From assembly GCA_050575255.1 (NCBI GenBank), contig JBNZDD010013726.1, forward strand, positions 9,702,618-9,766,617: a DNA stretch of 64,000 nt, written 5' to 3'. The notes beneath the pieces are model-generated. The model ran no database searches and was not told where the DNA came from. It worked only from the letters and a program-made list of their open reading frames with translations. The position numbers and the translations under genes were made by a program. Shown here in pieces: positions 1 to 12,360 of the stretch; positions within the stretch are counted from its first letter, which is position 1, and each line of letters opens with the position of its first letter. The DNA comes from Harriotta raleighana (Eukaryota).

Positions 1-1154
1 TATAGACAATTACGGTTGTCAGTGACATCTTGCTTAAGTTGCATGGTACTCATTTAAGATGACCTTGAACTAATCAGTCCTCCATTCCCTTACTCCCAAG
101 AGCCTTTATGATTCTTTTATGGGCCTCCTGTACTGTTCTAATGAGCTTGTTAATTGAACTCTACGTTTGGCCTTTGAGGACCACAGACCTCACAATCAAT
201 CTGAAATACAGCAAAGTATTTGAAGTTTCTATGCTGCAAAGGTGAGTTGCTCCGCTTTGTCCTTGGCATAATTTGTAGCAAAGACATTGCATCTCTCAGC
301 TACTGCCAACACCTCATCTAACTTCTCATAAAGTTGAAGGTCACTGTATGAATTATACGTAGCGAGATAACTACAAAGGAAAACTTGTAGAAGTGTATGA
401 AGGAATTTGGTAACCTCAGACATGATTGGAAATGGAAGCAGTTTAGTCTTCTGACCATATTTATATCTGCAAGAAACAAAGTGGACTTTTTAAACCCTTT
501 CTTAATACCATACTAGTTTAAAATAAATATCTCTCAGATAGTATCAGCTTTTATTTGGGGTTAGATATGCCTCACATTATGTATTCACAGTCAGTGAATA
601 ACTAGTGCTTGAGGTAGCGATCAAGATTTGCACTACAGACACCATTGAAACCGACAGTATTGATATACCTGAGTAGTATATCTTAAAATACATCGCAAAA
701 TAAATCTCAACTTTCAGTGCACATTCTTGATAAGTGGATGCAATTTTCTGGCAAATGTGTGCATCTTATAAAAAATGAATAGACAATCTTTGAAAGGTGA
801 AAAGGTACAAATTCAACAAAATCTGACAGGTCACTTTGCGTTTTGCGCGAATATAATAATGCGGGGTAAACTGGCTGAGAAAGGAAAATATGTTAAAGCA
901 AAATAGCAGCGAGGAAATATAGCTGTAACATTTATTTCTAGATTTTTAAGTTTAAATGTAGAATAGTAGCTCAGTAGTCCTAGCAGTTCATTGTTCTACT
1001 TTCGAAAGGAGGCATGTGCTTTAAACTCCCCTCCCAAGTGACTTGAAATGTGGACGCCTTCACTGGGGGGGTAATTCCTCCCCGCAATCTTGATGGAGCA
1101 GTATTTGCCCCACTTATTCGCAGAGGGCATTGGCTCGAACTGCAATGCAGTCCA

Positions 1155-1290
1155 AATCCAATGCATTCATTCGAATTCGCCCACAAATATACAGTCAATT
1201 CACTTTACAGTATATTCTGTGAAGCGCTTTGGGACGTCGATAAGACGTAAAAAGCGCAATATCAAAATGCAAGGATTATTTATTATTGTA
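1155..1290 (+). mobile_element. 3' part of an L2-tailed SINE
   Basis: cacaaatatacagtcaattcactttacagtatattctgtgaagcgctttgggacgtc...aaatgcaaggattatt, shared with many copies in the window. Confidence 0.8.
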
Positions 1291-1843
1291 ACCTGATGTT
1301 CAGATCCATATCAGATATTTGCTAGGGTGGGTTCGTGAGGTATTAGGGGGAGGAAAAGTGCCAACTACTCTTGCCCATTGTAACACTACACTTTTTCCTA
1401 CAGCCGTCAACATATTTCAAGATGCATGAGCTAGCAAAGGAACTTGGGTGAAAGAAATTGCAGTGAAATTACTGCTTGTACACAAGCACAGAGTAGGTAG
1501 AGAAAAATGACAGAGAAGGGACTCAGGCAATGATAAACTGAGAATTATTGGGAGTCATTTTGTTTTTTGCCCTGGGCTTTGGATATTGAATTTCTCTGTT
1601 AGTTCATTCCTCATCCTTCTGAGCTGGTCTGGCTCAATTCAAAGTTTGGCAGTTACTCTCTGGCTAGTTTAGAGATTGGATGTCACATTCATACAAATTT
1701 ACCTACAAATTCAAAATTCTTAGCTTAGTATAAATTAGGTACAGTACTTCCTAATCACGATTGTTTGGTGGGATGACATAAAGGGGGTTAGGTGCAGGAG
1801 TGAGTGTGTGTTATTGGAGGAACAAAAGCAAAAGGATTTATAA

Positions 1844-2052
1844 GCTCCTGTGGCTCAGTGGTTAGAGCACTCGCCTTACAAGCATGAGAGCTGTGTTCGA
1901 ATCCAGGCAGATCAGGGCGAAACCTTGGGCAAGTTTCCTTACTGCACAGGCCTAATAATAATCCCTCCAAAAAAAAACAATAATAAAATTGGTCATTTCA
2001 ATCCAGTGAAAAGCACTATCTCAAATGGAAGGATTATTATCAATATTATTAT
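1844..2052 (+). mobile_element. tRNA-derived SINE, internally deleted
   Basis: A box TGGCTCAGTGG at 1851, B box GTTCGAATCC at 1895, family body, and (att)n tail. Confidence 0.88.
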
Positions 2053-2470
2053 AAGGCCGGATTGGCAGTTCAAGATGACATTTACAGCATTTCTCATATT
2101 GTAATCTACCGTTCTTGTGTACAGTATTTTCTTATAGTCTACAAAGTATAAATGTTACATCCAGAAGAAAATCTTTAAAATAACTTTCTTTTTCAATGTG
2201 GCTTAAATGTGTATAGGCAAAATGATGTGGTAAAGCATCAATTGTACAGTATTATCACCATTGTATATGAAGTTAGCGACTTGGGACCAGAAGCTTTGCG
2301 CGTACAAACTTTTGGGGTTTCAACCTTTTCGAGGTGAATATGTAAATAAGATCACATTTACATATTTTCTTCTGGGGTTGGGCAGTAGAACAGGCATGCT
2401 GATTTCCCTATGGATGAACTGAATCTAAAGAGAGACTCTAGCGAGACCAGAGAGTTCTTTGGTAATCACA

Positions 2471-2920
2471 CAAACAAACAAACAAACAAACAAACAAGTT
2501 GGATTTAATGTATCGCCCTCACTCCAGACAGCGTCTCAGAGCGCTTCACAATAGCGGAGCCCGAGGCCGAGCCAGGCGGATGGGGAAGTCACGGCCGAAC
2601 AGAAAAGCGCGACCTNTTCACAATAGCGGAGCCCGAGGCCGAGCCAGGCGGATGGGGAAGTCACGGTCGAACAGAAAATGGAAAAGGAGGGGCGAAGGGA
2701 TTGAGGGAGGGAGTTTCCAGAGCTTCGGGGTGCAGTGACTGAAAGCACGGCCGCCGATGGTGGAGGGGAAAATTCTGGGGTCAAGGAGGAGGCCAGACCC
2801 AGTAGAGCAGGGAGGAGGTCAGAGAGATTAAGGGCTGCGAGATTTAAACACAAGAGTCAGGATCTTGAAGTCAATCCGCGCTATGACAGGGAGCCAGTGA
2901 AGTCTGGCTAGGATTGCGGT
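2471..2920 (-). mobile_element. L2 LINE 3' fragment with (TTTG)n tail
   Basis: Minus strand reads RIDFKILTLVFKSRSP.., typical of the L2 ORF2 C-terminus. The terminal motif gtgaagcgctctgagacg precedes the microsatellite tail. Confidence 0.8.
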
Positions 2921-3054
2921 AATCAAAAGCACTGTTGATAGTTCACTAGCTTGAGTGGATTGACTATCCACTTGGGAGATATTAGATGTCCCCCCCACCC
3001 AGGCTTTTGACCCTGGAAACTGACGAGTAGGGGCAGCCCTAGCTGGAAAATGAA

Positions 3055-3150
3055 CCCTAATATACAGTATAATCTGTGAAGTAGTTGGGGGTAGCTCGAA
3101 CGCGATACGATGCTATATCAAACGCAAGGATTATTACTATTATTCTTATT
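3055..3150 (+). mobile_element. SINE/L2 3' tail fragment
   Basis: acagtataatctgtgaag...gctatatcaaacgcaaggattattactattatt. Confidence 0.7.
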
Positions 3151-3206
3151 CTAATGTGTATGAAGCATCCAGTGTGTTCAGCATTTCGCACGTCGCAGAA
3201 ACTTAC

Positions 3207-3346
3207 AGGATTGCTCCTCATTGCTCCTCCCACCGCTCTCACTGCTTTGCAATTGCCAGCTTGTGCAGCCAACTGCTTATAAGAGGTCGTCTCTCCAAAC
3301 TTCACATTACTCAGCAGGGTCCACAACACTCCGCAGGTGAAGGTAG
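3207..3346 (-). CDS. MGMT: MGMT internal coding exon (human exon 4 equivalent), 140 nt: (A)TFTCGVLWTLLSNVKFGETTSYKQLAAQAGNCKAVRAVGGAMRSNP
   Basis: Alkyltransferase helix-turn-helix: SYxQLA, the RAVGGA arginine finger and the MRxNP Asn hinge. Acceptor tttctattcttcag| and donor CCT|gtaagt. Same 140-nt length as the human exon. Confidence 0.97.
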
Positions 3347-4179
3347 CTGAAGAATAGAAAACCCTGTTCAGATGGTTTACAGCCAGCCCCCCACTGTTCA
3401 TACACATACACTGACTACTTTGATATTAATGGCCATGAAAGCTATGAAGGCCATGAAAGAAATGTAATCGATTTGTTAAGAAAGGACATTTTTACACAGT
3501 TACAGAATACACTTTTGTGCTAAAAGCACATAAAACACTTTGGTATTTAACATTTGTAGGTACGGACCAAATGTTCCAGTAAATCATTTTGATTTATAAT
3601 TTTGAATTAATAGTGTATTAGAAACAGGCCAATAAATTTGCTGAAGTTTTGAAACACACTTAGGAATACACATTGCTAAGCATGCAGTATTTCAAATTTT
3701 GTAATCCTATTTTGATACAAGATTTGAAGGATAATTCGGCTGAATCCACCCTGTTGATTTGATTATTGCTTACCTGTTTTGTGATATGAAAGATCCTCAA
3801 AGATCTTTATCTCTTCCCTATCCCACATGAAGGTAACTAACTCAACGTCACTAAATCTTAAAATCCATATGATCCTCAGCTTAGTAAAATAGAAACACCA
3901 CTAAAAGCATTCACCCATCTCAGAATCCCAGTAACCCACAAACACATACCATCTACAGTGCCATGAACATGATTTTAAATGTAGGATGTGGGAAGAAAAT
4001 AATGATTCTACAAATCACCATCATTTTACATCTAATGCCACAGGGTTTTGATTTTGGCAGCAGGTTGCCTGACACATGTTGATATCCATCACCATCATTA
4101 CAATTATTCAAACCAGAGTCCCACATATGTGGGATGGATGGAGATTCCCATGTCTGGAATGGAATCACACTCTCTCCCT

Positions 4180-4430
4180 TGAAGGGAAGCATCCTGATTA
4201 TCTAATTCCGGATAGGATTGGACACAGGTTGGCAGCTGAACTAAAGCTTGGGGACCCCAGAATATGCTTTAGGGGTAATGCTGGAGTTTAACCAGTTAAA
4301 TCCGCAACAGCTTGCCATTGGGAAGCACAATCTGGCAAGCTTCTTGCTGCTTGTCTAGCGAAGGCCACCTTAACCATTAGTGCTTTGGCTTGCAGGGTTA
4401 ACAGGAGCTAAGTAAGAAGAACCCCTGGCC
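4180..4430. repeat. Unclassified interspersed repeat, copy 1
   Basis: Collinear similarity to 40325-40570 (ctaattccgga...gcttggggaccccaga...gctggag...accag.taaa...agctt.ccattg). Confidence 0.7.
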
Positions 4431-4609
4431 CCAGTCGTGCTTCCTCATTCACAATGCTATGTTGATGCCAATCACCTTCGTTTAGGCTGGGATTTGGCAG
4501 CCAATGTATAAATAAGGGTTCAGCCAGCACGACCCTTGCTCCCAACACCATTTGAGAAGAGAGGCTTTCAGGATCAGCGTGATTTCTACCTGCTGTAGTT
4601 TAAAAAAAA

Positions 4610-4770
4610 GTAATCCTTGCATTTGATATATCGCCTTTCATATTCGGGGAGGATGTCTCAAAAGTACTTTACAGGATCTTACTGTAAAGTGTAGTGACTA
4701 CGTGTTACGCGGGTGAATGCAGCAGCTAATTTAGGCACAGCAATGTCCCACAGACAGCCGTGATGTGAAC
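4610..4770 (-). mobile_element. SINE 3' portion with L2 tail
   Basis: taatccttgcatttgatatatcgcctttca...ggcacagcaatgtcccacagacagc. Confidence 0.75.
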
Positions 4771-5095
4771 AGCACAAACGCAGCAGGTGTGATTTCACAC
4801 TGGGCTCATCTGAAAGATTGTTGGCATCCTCTAAGCCAACCTTTAATGGACTGTTATTAAAGTGCCAATTGTATAACAGGCTCTTTGTAAACATATAGAA
4901 AGCAGCCAATTTTGGTGTACTGTGTAAATTTACTAAATTGTTTTGTTTACACTCTGACTGAATGAGGATCAGGAAATATAAGATGGGATTCTGGTTCCTA
5001 CAATCCTGACACTGCTGGGAGCAATGTGGCTTCACTCTCAGCAGTTTTAACACCTCAAAAACACAACTGAACCCTTTTCAGCGAAACATTCACTT

Positions 5096-5468
5096 ATTCA
5101 TAGATTCATAGATTCATAGAAGTTTACGGCACAAAAGGAGGCCATTCGGCCCATCTAGTCTGTGCCGGCTCTTTGAAAAGAGCGATTTAATCCCACTGCC
5201 CTGCTCGCTCCCCATAGCCTAATAGACCTGTTCTCCCTAAATAAAGATCTAATTCCCTTTTAAAAGTTGTTATCGAATCAGCCTCCACCACCTTTTCAGG
5301 CAATGCATTCCAGATTCGAACAACTCGCTGAGTGAAAAAGTTTCTCCTCAGCTCCCCTCTACTTCGCTTTGAAACTATTTTAAATCTGTGACCACGGGTC
5401 ACAGATTTGCCCACGAGTGGAAATAGTTTTTCTCTATTTGCCCTGTCGAAACCCCTCATGATCTTAAT
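5096..5468 (-). mobile_element. CR1 (HER1-like) LINE, 5'-truncated 3' end, relatively young
   Basis: Uninterrupted ORF2 C-terminus (TRGHRFKI...RRNFFTQRVVRIWNALP...FKRELD), 3' UTR gggccgaatggcctcct, and (TCTATGAA)n tail. Confidence 0.95.
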
Positions 5469-6839
5469 CTAAGGAGTGACTTATACCTTTGGCTAATCAG
5501 ATATTAGCTTTTCTTAAAGATGCTCTAATTTGCCCTCCATTTATTCTAAGGACAGGGCTAGTAATTTCACTGTTCATATATTTAGATCCAAAATATTCCT
5601 TGTGCATGCACAGTAACACAGCATTCCACCATATATTCTAGCAGAAGCTGTTTATTTGTAGAATAAACATTGTGGCCAGCCACTCGTTCAAGAATTACTT
5701 ACACTCCCATCACTGAGAACTCTTCCGTTTCTGCAAAGGCCGACCACAAACCATTTACAACATTCATTCAGGAGTTATCTGGTCATTCTCGATGTGGAAG
5801 TATTTATCACTTCACACTGTTGCCCCTTGACATATCCGCTATGTATTGAATGAAAAATAATATCTTCAGGTGTTTTATGGGCTTCCACACAAACCTCGGC
5901 TTCTGATGACTCCATCAATGACTCTACCTTTGCTCTTATGATTTATATATTATATATATATATATATATAAAAACCTGCAGCACTTCCTGCACCAATCAG
6001 TAAACCATAATCATCATGGGAACTTATCGTCCATCATGTCTGTTATTTGCACAATAAACCCATTGTTAAAACAGCGTAATCCCAGTCTGAACTTCACCTC
6101 CACATGTTAGAAAGCATCATTTAAGCTTCACACTCACTGTTTAGTAACACAATGGGTTTTGTTTGTAATACAATCTCTGGTTGTTTTACAGCATTGCAAC
6201 ATTGTCCAGCCCGAGTGCGAAACTACAATAACACTATTTCCATTCATTTTTGTACATTATATAAGTACATGTGTTTCTCGTTCCATTCTTTCTTCTTTCC
6301 TATTCTGCTTTGTTGTTTTTGCTTTAACTCAGTTCAAAAAAAAAAGTTTTACCCAGTTTAAACGTTTTCCAATTTTAAAATTTTTCCAAACTTTTAAACT
6401 TTCATCATTCTGATAAGTTTGTGCTCAGAATTTTCTTTTATTGTGTCAGAAACACGCCCCTCAGTGTCATTCTTCCCAGAAAATGTGCAATGCAGGAAGA
6501 ATACACGACTGCCAACTGCTCAGTAGGATTTGTACACCACAAACACATCAAATGTTTGCACGTTCACCTTGTATCATAGACCACTCTTTCAATGTTTTGA
6601 AATACTAGGATTGTACTAGGATTTGGGTTTGCTATAGACCAAAGATAGGATTGTGCACTGAATCAATTGCATGTGCAATTTATGTTTAATCGTTACCCAG
6701 TTCTCTGAAACATCTCTTGCCTTTCACATGTTACCTGTGATTCTTACTAAGAAATATTCTTCCAATACTCAATAACATGTCAGTATTACACTGGTCATTC
6801 ACCAGTAAGTACTTACTATTTCTTCTTCCATATTTGTTG

Positions 6840-7070
6840 CTATGTTCTCCTTATGGTATCCTCTTTGGCTTCTGAATTGGTCAAGCCTGACCGTCCTTTC
6901 GCAAATCCATGCTGACTGCTCTTAATTATATTCTCCTTTTCCAGGTGACTAATTCCTTCGTCTTTTATTATATTTTGTAAAATACCTTGCACACAAATCG
7001 ACGTTGATCTCACTGACCTGTAGTTTCCTGGATTATCTTTATCTTCAAAATGGGTATTACATTGGACATT
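6840..7070 (-). mobile_element. Degraded CR1 RT-region fragment
   Basis: Minus strand encodes ...PGNYRSVR.. and IIKSSQHGFAKGRSGLTN, both CR1 RT motifs. Confidence 0.7.
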
Positions 7071-7099
7071 CTTCAGTCACACCTTGCTGTCTCTTTTTG

Positions 7100-7955
7100 T
7101 GTTTTTGCTATTGGGGGGCTGTGACCTCGTTCCTCGCCTTTTCAACATGTACTTACTCCCTCTTAGTGACATCATCCGCAGACACGGGGTAAACTTCCAC
7201 ATTAGAATAATAATAATCCTGGTATTTGATAAGAGTGCTTTTCACGACTTTAAGATGACTCAAAACGCTTCACAGAATATACTGGAAAGTGAACCGACTG
7301 TATATTTGTGGGTGAAATGCAGCAGCCAATCGAACGCATAAACAGTCGTGGATTGTGTGACCAATTTTTTTTTTAGGGATTATTATCAGCCGTGTGGAGT
7401 AAAGACACTTGCCCAAGGTTTTTCACGGACCTGTCTGGAATTGAACCCAGCTCTCTTGCTTGTAAGGCGAGTGCCCAAACTACTGAGCTACAGGATTCCT
7501 TGTATGTGGATGACACACAACTCTGTCTCTCTGCCTCCGCCCTTGACTCCAGGAGGATAGAGTTCAAAATCTTCATCTTCACTTTCAAGGACCTCCATGG
7601 ACTCGCTCCTTCCCAACTCTGTTACCTGCTGATGCCATATCAACGCTTCCGCTGCCTCGGCTCAGCTGGCTCCTTGTCCAGTCCACCACACCACCCCACA
7701 GGCCTTTAACCTCTCTGTGCCCACCCTTTGGAACGCCATCCAACAGTCCCTGTGCCTGGCTCCCTCCCTTGCCTCTCACAGGGCACGTCTTCAGACCTTC
7801 CTCTTCGACTGTGCCTTCGGCCACCTACCTCATCCCTCTGTGCCATCCACTCCTCCTGATCCCCACCCTTCTCAGGTCCAAATCCCTGTCTGTCCGTCGC
7901 CTCAAGACATTCTCCTGATGCGAAAGGCTCCAGAGAAATGTAATTTGTTGTTGCT
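7100..7955 (+). mobile_element. L2 LINE remnant (RT core, C-terminus and 3' end), interrupted by a SINE
   Basis: LFNMYLLPLSDIIRRHGVNFH | (M)YVDDTQLCL (YADD-like), then RIEFKIFIFTFKDLHGLAPSQL, PTLWNA, and a ttgttgttg tail. Confidence 0.9.
7203..7499 (-). mobile_element. Full-length tRNA-SINE nested in the L2
   Basis: Minus-strand head ggaatcctgtagctcagtag..., B box ggttcaattcc, body, and (att)n tail. Confidence 0.88.
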
Positions 7956-10900
7956 ATGTTCCCTCCTTGGATTTCCTGTTTGCCGTCCTAACTTCTTTCC
8001 TAAGTTTCCTCTCCGTTATACATTTTACACTTTTCAAAGCACTTTTCCTTCGTTGCAGTTTTTCCCTCCCCTCCTTATTCGCCCACAAGCATCCCATCAC
8101 CGGTTAATTTTCTCTTCTCCCTTAATGGAATACATTTCCGCTGCACTTTTTCCGTCGCCGGCTTAAAAATCTCCCATTGCTCAACGACATCAGACTGTCT
8201 AAATCAATTCACGAAATGGGCGTGTTTCACATCTCCTCGCAGTTTGTGTGAATTTGCAATGTGAGCTACCAGTTTGCATATGGTCACTGGCCAAAATGGA
8301 GTACTGACACATGGAGTACTTGAGCAGTCATGCCAATATCTCTACAGGCATGAGAGCCTGCCAGCTTCAGTAAGAGCAGCTATCAAAGGTTGGCATTGTG
8401 TGTGCAGCAGAGTGAAACGCAGGATGGTAGAGAGGAGTGCCAAAAGGTTTGTCTGTCCTTTACAGTAACGTGCCATTTATAGTCCTGCACTTAAAAGCAA
8501 TAAGTTGCAATTTACTGTCCACGTGTAACATCGACGTCTGCTAACTATCTACGTTTTGCGATAGCAGACAGTTCACACGGCAGTTAATGGATTGTAGGGA
8601 CACCAAGGAAAGAGTTTGGTGTTTCCAGGAATAGGTTCAGAGAAAATGTATCCCTCTGTGCTGACCAGCACGTCGCACATATATTTTATTCTCTAACTCT
8701 ATATATTGTTCTCTTGGCCTATTTCTCTTGTGAAACAATTAATTCTACCTTTATTCTGCGCATCGGAGAAAGCAAGACAGAGGAGTTTCGATAGGCCTAT
8801 CCGATACAGATTAATAAACGTCATATGCTTTCACCGTTGACAATGTGTACATGTGGTCATGTAAGCAGCGAGGTTGGCACAAACATTTCAGTTGATCACT
8901 CAGTTCAATCAAGTATGCAAATAATTTGGTTACAACATGAAAGCATTTTTGAACTGCAGCCCAGCACCCAACCTCAATTAACACTCAGCTGTGTTTACTT
9001 TCTTGTGATTACTTTTAGTCTGACATGCAAGCGGCTGGTCGAAACAGCGTTACTCTCTGTGTTTCTCCTGGTGGCTGTAAATTTTTTCATGACAAATTGT
9101 TGAACTTCAAATTATCTTCTGGAATACCTCTTTGCAACCCCGCAACAGTAGGCAAATGTGAAAAAAAAACAGCTTCACTTCTGCAACGCAGTCATTGCAA
9201 AGTCAAAGACCAACAATTGGCACAACACATTGAATATGAAGGATTAATGCTCGGAAATAAAATAGGACATGCTATGATCTACCCATGTGGATTGAGAAAC
9301 ACTTTGTACGTAGATCTAGTAAATATAAGAGACACGAGGAGCAAACTCTATGTTGCAGCTATTCAGATAATTTGATTTCACAGGTAGATTTTGCATCCCC
9401 TTTTATTCATCAGATCTATAATTGTGTCTTTCTCATAAAAGCACAGATTGGGATGAACCACCAGTTCAGATTCTATTTCTTATTTCCGATGTAATAAGTC
9501 AATATTTCATTATAATTCACTTGTTACTAACTTTAACATTTCCTACAAGAAGGTATGATAAATTGCTCGTTTACAGCAAAACAGCTCTAAAATTATTTAA
9601 ACATCATTTTAAACGGTACAGTGTTTGGAATCTAAAACCCAAGCACTATATCAGAAAACATAATAACTTTATTGGAACAATCTGATTAATATTATGACCC
9701 TAAATGTACTATAGCTCAGTAATAATCCTTATGTTATTAGAACAGGGTCAGACTAGAAATTAACTTTTTTGTTCATTAATTTACAAGGATTAGTAGAGGT
9801 CGCAAGACAGCAAATCTATTTAGTTTTTTTTATGAATCTGTTTTCAAAATGTACTTAATTTGTGGCACTAGGGTGTCGTTGGGGTTAAGCAGAATGGTGT
9901 GTCCCTCTAATTGCTTTCTATTCAGAGTAAATTCATTAGATAATGTTCTCTTCAAAATTCATGAATCAATTTAACTGAAGAAACCACATTAACAGCTTTT
10001 GGTTCATTAGCACATGTAGCATTGATACTAAATGACTGCTTGTGGGCTTTCTTTAGGCAAACAGATTTTGTTTACAATGATTACTTTAGAAAGGATTCGC
10101 TTAAAATCCCAATTTTTGTTTTCTCATTCAAACTGTGACTCTTTCCGGAGTGGTGAACGAGTGTTAACTTCCAACGTTGAGGGGTTTGGGAATCTGCCCG
10201 ACTGTCATAATGAGTATTACTGCAACAAACTACTTTCCTGGTGCCAGGAACCAGCTCCAGATTCCTTCAGATTTTTGACCCACTGGAGTAGCAATGTTGG
10301 AACGCTACCAAACCCTTGAGATAAAATGAGCAGTCTGTGTAAACACAACGAGAGCACAGAACGGGCTCCGAAAGAAATCTACCCAGATCCGATCCAAAAA
10401 CACCATTTGTGGGCGAGGCCAAATTGTTATGGGTATGAGAGCTGCCTGAATTAGAGTGCGTCCCCTTCCACAAAATGTGTTCAGGTACATTTATTGAAAA
10501 TAAAGCTGAATATCCCCCCCAAAAAAAGTTTCATTAAAGGCAGTCTGGAGCAAAAGTGTGCAACATACAACACACGCCAGGCATTTGATACCAGATGGGA
10601 AAATTGTTCGCAAATGTGTAAAATATACGTCTGCTATCACAGTAATGTCGTTTGACCCAGACAAATTTTTCCAAAGGCAGTTTCTCTATTTACTGTATTT
10701 CAATTGTGCGACTCTCGAGTGCATTGTGAGTAAACGTTATAATGTACATTAGCTATTGTTCCAGAAACAATTATTCTATGGCACAAAGGCTCCCTCATAG
10801 CCTACAATACCATGATATAAGTAGCACAGTAACCCAGCCAGCAAGACAAATTGAGAGAAACACAGCAATTACACATGATGGGGAAAATAATCTGACATCC

Positions 10901-11229
10901 AGCCTTGCTTTTAGGCTTTTGATATTAAATTTATCTCCTAAAGTTCTAATCCCAAAGTGTAAGTCAAATAACCTATTTACATTAATGCCTCTGAAGGCTT
11001 TAGGGACCTGGATCATGGTAGCTACTCTTTTCTTTTAATGAGTAGTAGTTTAGCTCTGTGAGCCACACCTAAAAACGTAGAGCTAAGTTCTGGAATCAAA
11101 CCTTTTTAAAATAATAACTCTAGTCCTTATATTTGGTACAGAGTCCTTCATTGTCAGAAGAGCATCTCAGAGCGCTTGATAGGATATGGGAGTGACTGTG
11201 TTTTGTGGGTGAAACCTTTGATTCAACAT

Positions 11230-11470
11230 GTCGATATCCTTTAGTGTGGAGTACTCAAATCTGAACAGCAAATTCTGAATAGGGTCTAACCAGTACTATA
11301 TTGAAGGTTACAATGAGGTCTTTTAATGTACAATCAAATACCCCTGAGTTGCAATCTAGATGTCGATGACCTGTTTTGACAGCCACCTCCTTGCTAGCTG
11401 ACTGACTGAATGACCAAACGCATACCCAAATCCCTTTTTCTTCCCTATCTTGACAAGTGTACTCAGTAAA
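11230..11470 (-). mobile_element. Degraded CR1 ORF2 fragment
   Basis: LVRPYSEFAVQI resembles the CR1 motif LVRPHLEYCVQFW. Confidence 0.6.
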
Positions 11471-11699
11471 GCACTTGCTTGTTATTCTAAAAATCATTGG
11501 CTCACTTAAAAATCATACATGTACACTGTTAAAATGGTTTTTATTTCTTTCATTTCCCGCACTTAAGGCTCGTACCAAATAAAATACACATTAGCATTAC
11601 ATTCCATGTCCTCAGCAATAAACACTCCTGTGGTCACTCATTAATTGCAGCTTTAATCAGCGCTCAGGAATCATTCATTCATTGTCTCTTGCTTAACTT

Positions 11700-11945
11700 A
11701 GCCTGTTAGTTGCTTGGTGGCTTCAGTTCTTCCAATGCCTGCCGCTGAGGTGCACTTCTTGCTGGGTGAGGTGTGCTCTGTCAGTATTTCCCTCTCTTGA
11801 GGTAAGCCACTGCACTACCTTAGGGCATCCCCTCCTAGTTATCTGACTGAGAACTGATGAAACTCACCCCAAGGGTAGCTCTCAGATTCAAGTGCAAGGC
11901 AGCCCTGGGACTCAAACCTGTGACTACAGGATTGTGAACTAAGTG
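11700..11945 (-). mobile_element. Possible old tRNA-derived SINE of another family
   Basis: B-box-like ggtttgagtccc followed by a GC-richer body; no second copy seen. Confidence 0.35.
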
Positions 11946-12189
11946 ATTTGCAAAAGCTGTTAAGTATTCTGTCATAATACACTTAGAAAATTGACAGTAG
12001 TCACCTTAGCATTCTTTTGAAGCTACAACTTCTTTTAATTGCAAATATTTCTGAGGTGTGTGTGTGCAGGGGTGGTGGTGGGGGGGGTGGCGGTGGGGGG
12101 TGGTAGAAGGAGGAAAGATGATATTTTCTCATTCTGAAGAATGAAAGATTGTAAATTAAATTTCGTTCTTGATAAGTTCTGAATGAAAG

Positions 12190-12360
12190 AACGAGCAACA
12201 ACAACAAAATTACATTTCTAGAGCACCTTTCACGTCAGGGGGGACACGTCCCAAGGAGCTGAACAGTTGGGGGAAACTGGACCTGAGTACAAGAAAGAAG
12301 CAGGGTGTGTGTGTGTGTGTGTGTGGGGAGAAGAGGGGGGGCATCGACAGCTCTTAGAAA
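12190..12360 (-). mobile_element. L2 3' terminal fragment
   Basis: caacaacaacaaaattacatttctagagcacctttcacgtc...tcccaaggagct. Confidence 0.65.

Noticed and set aside
229-423. ORF with LYEKLDEVL as a possible MGMT last exon or Myb/SANT fragment
   Set aside because: It has no PCHR motif, a phase-0 splice at the nearby tttgtag hits a stop within six codons, and the resemblance is too short.
1844-1915. tRNA gene
   Set aside because: The A and B boxes run straight into a SINE body and tail; this is a SINE head.
2499-2738. Arg-rich repetitive, protamine-like ORF
   Set aside because: It is the antisense of an L2 fragment, and its internal repeat comes from a single-N duplication.
3057-3407. 116-aa ORF as a single-exon gene
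   Set aside because: Only 3207-3346 is MGMT-like and it is bounded by splice sites; the rest is intron and SINE.
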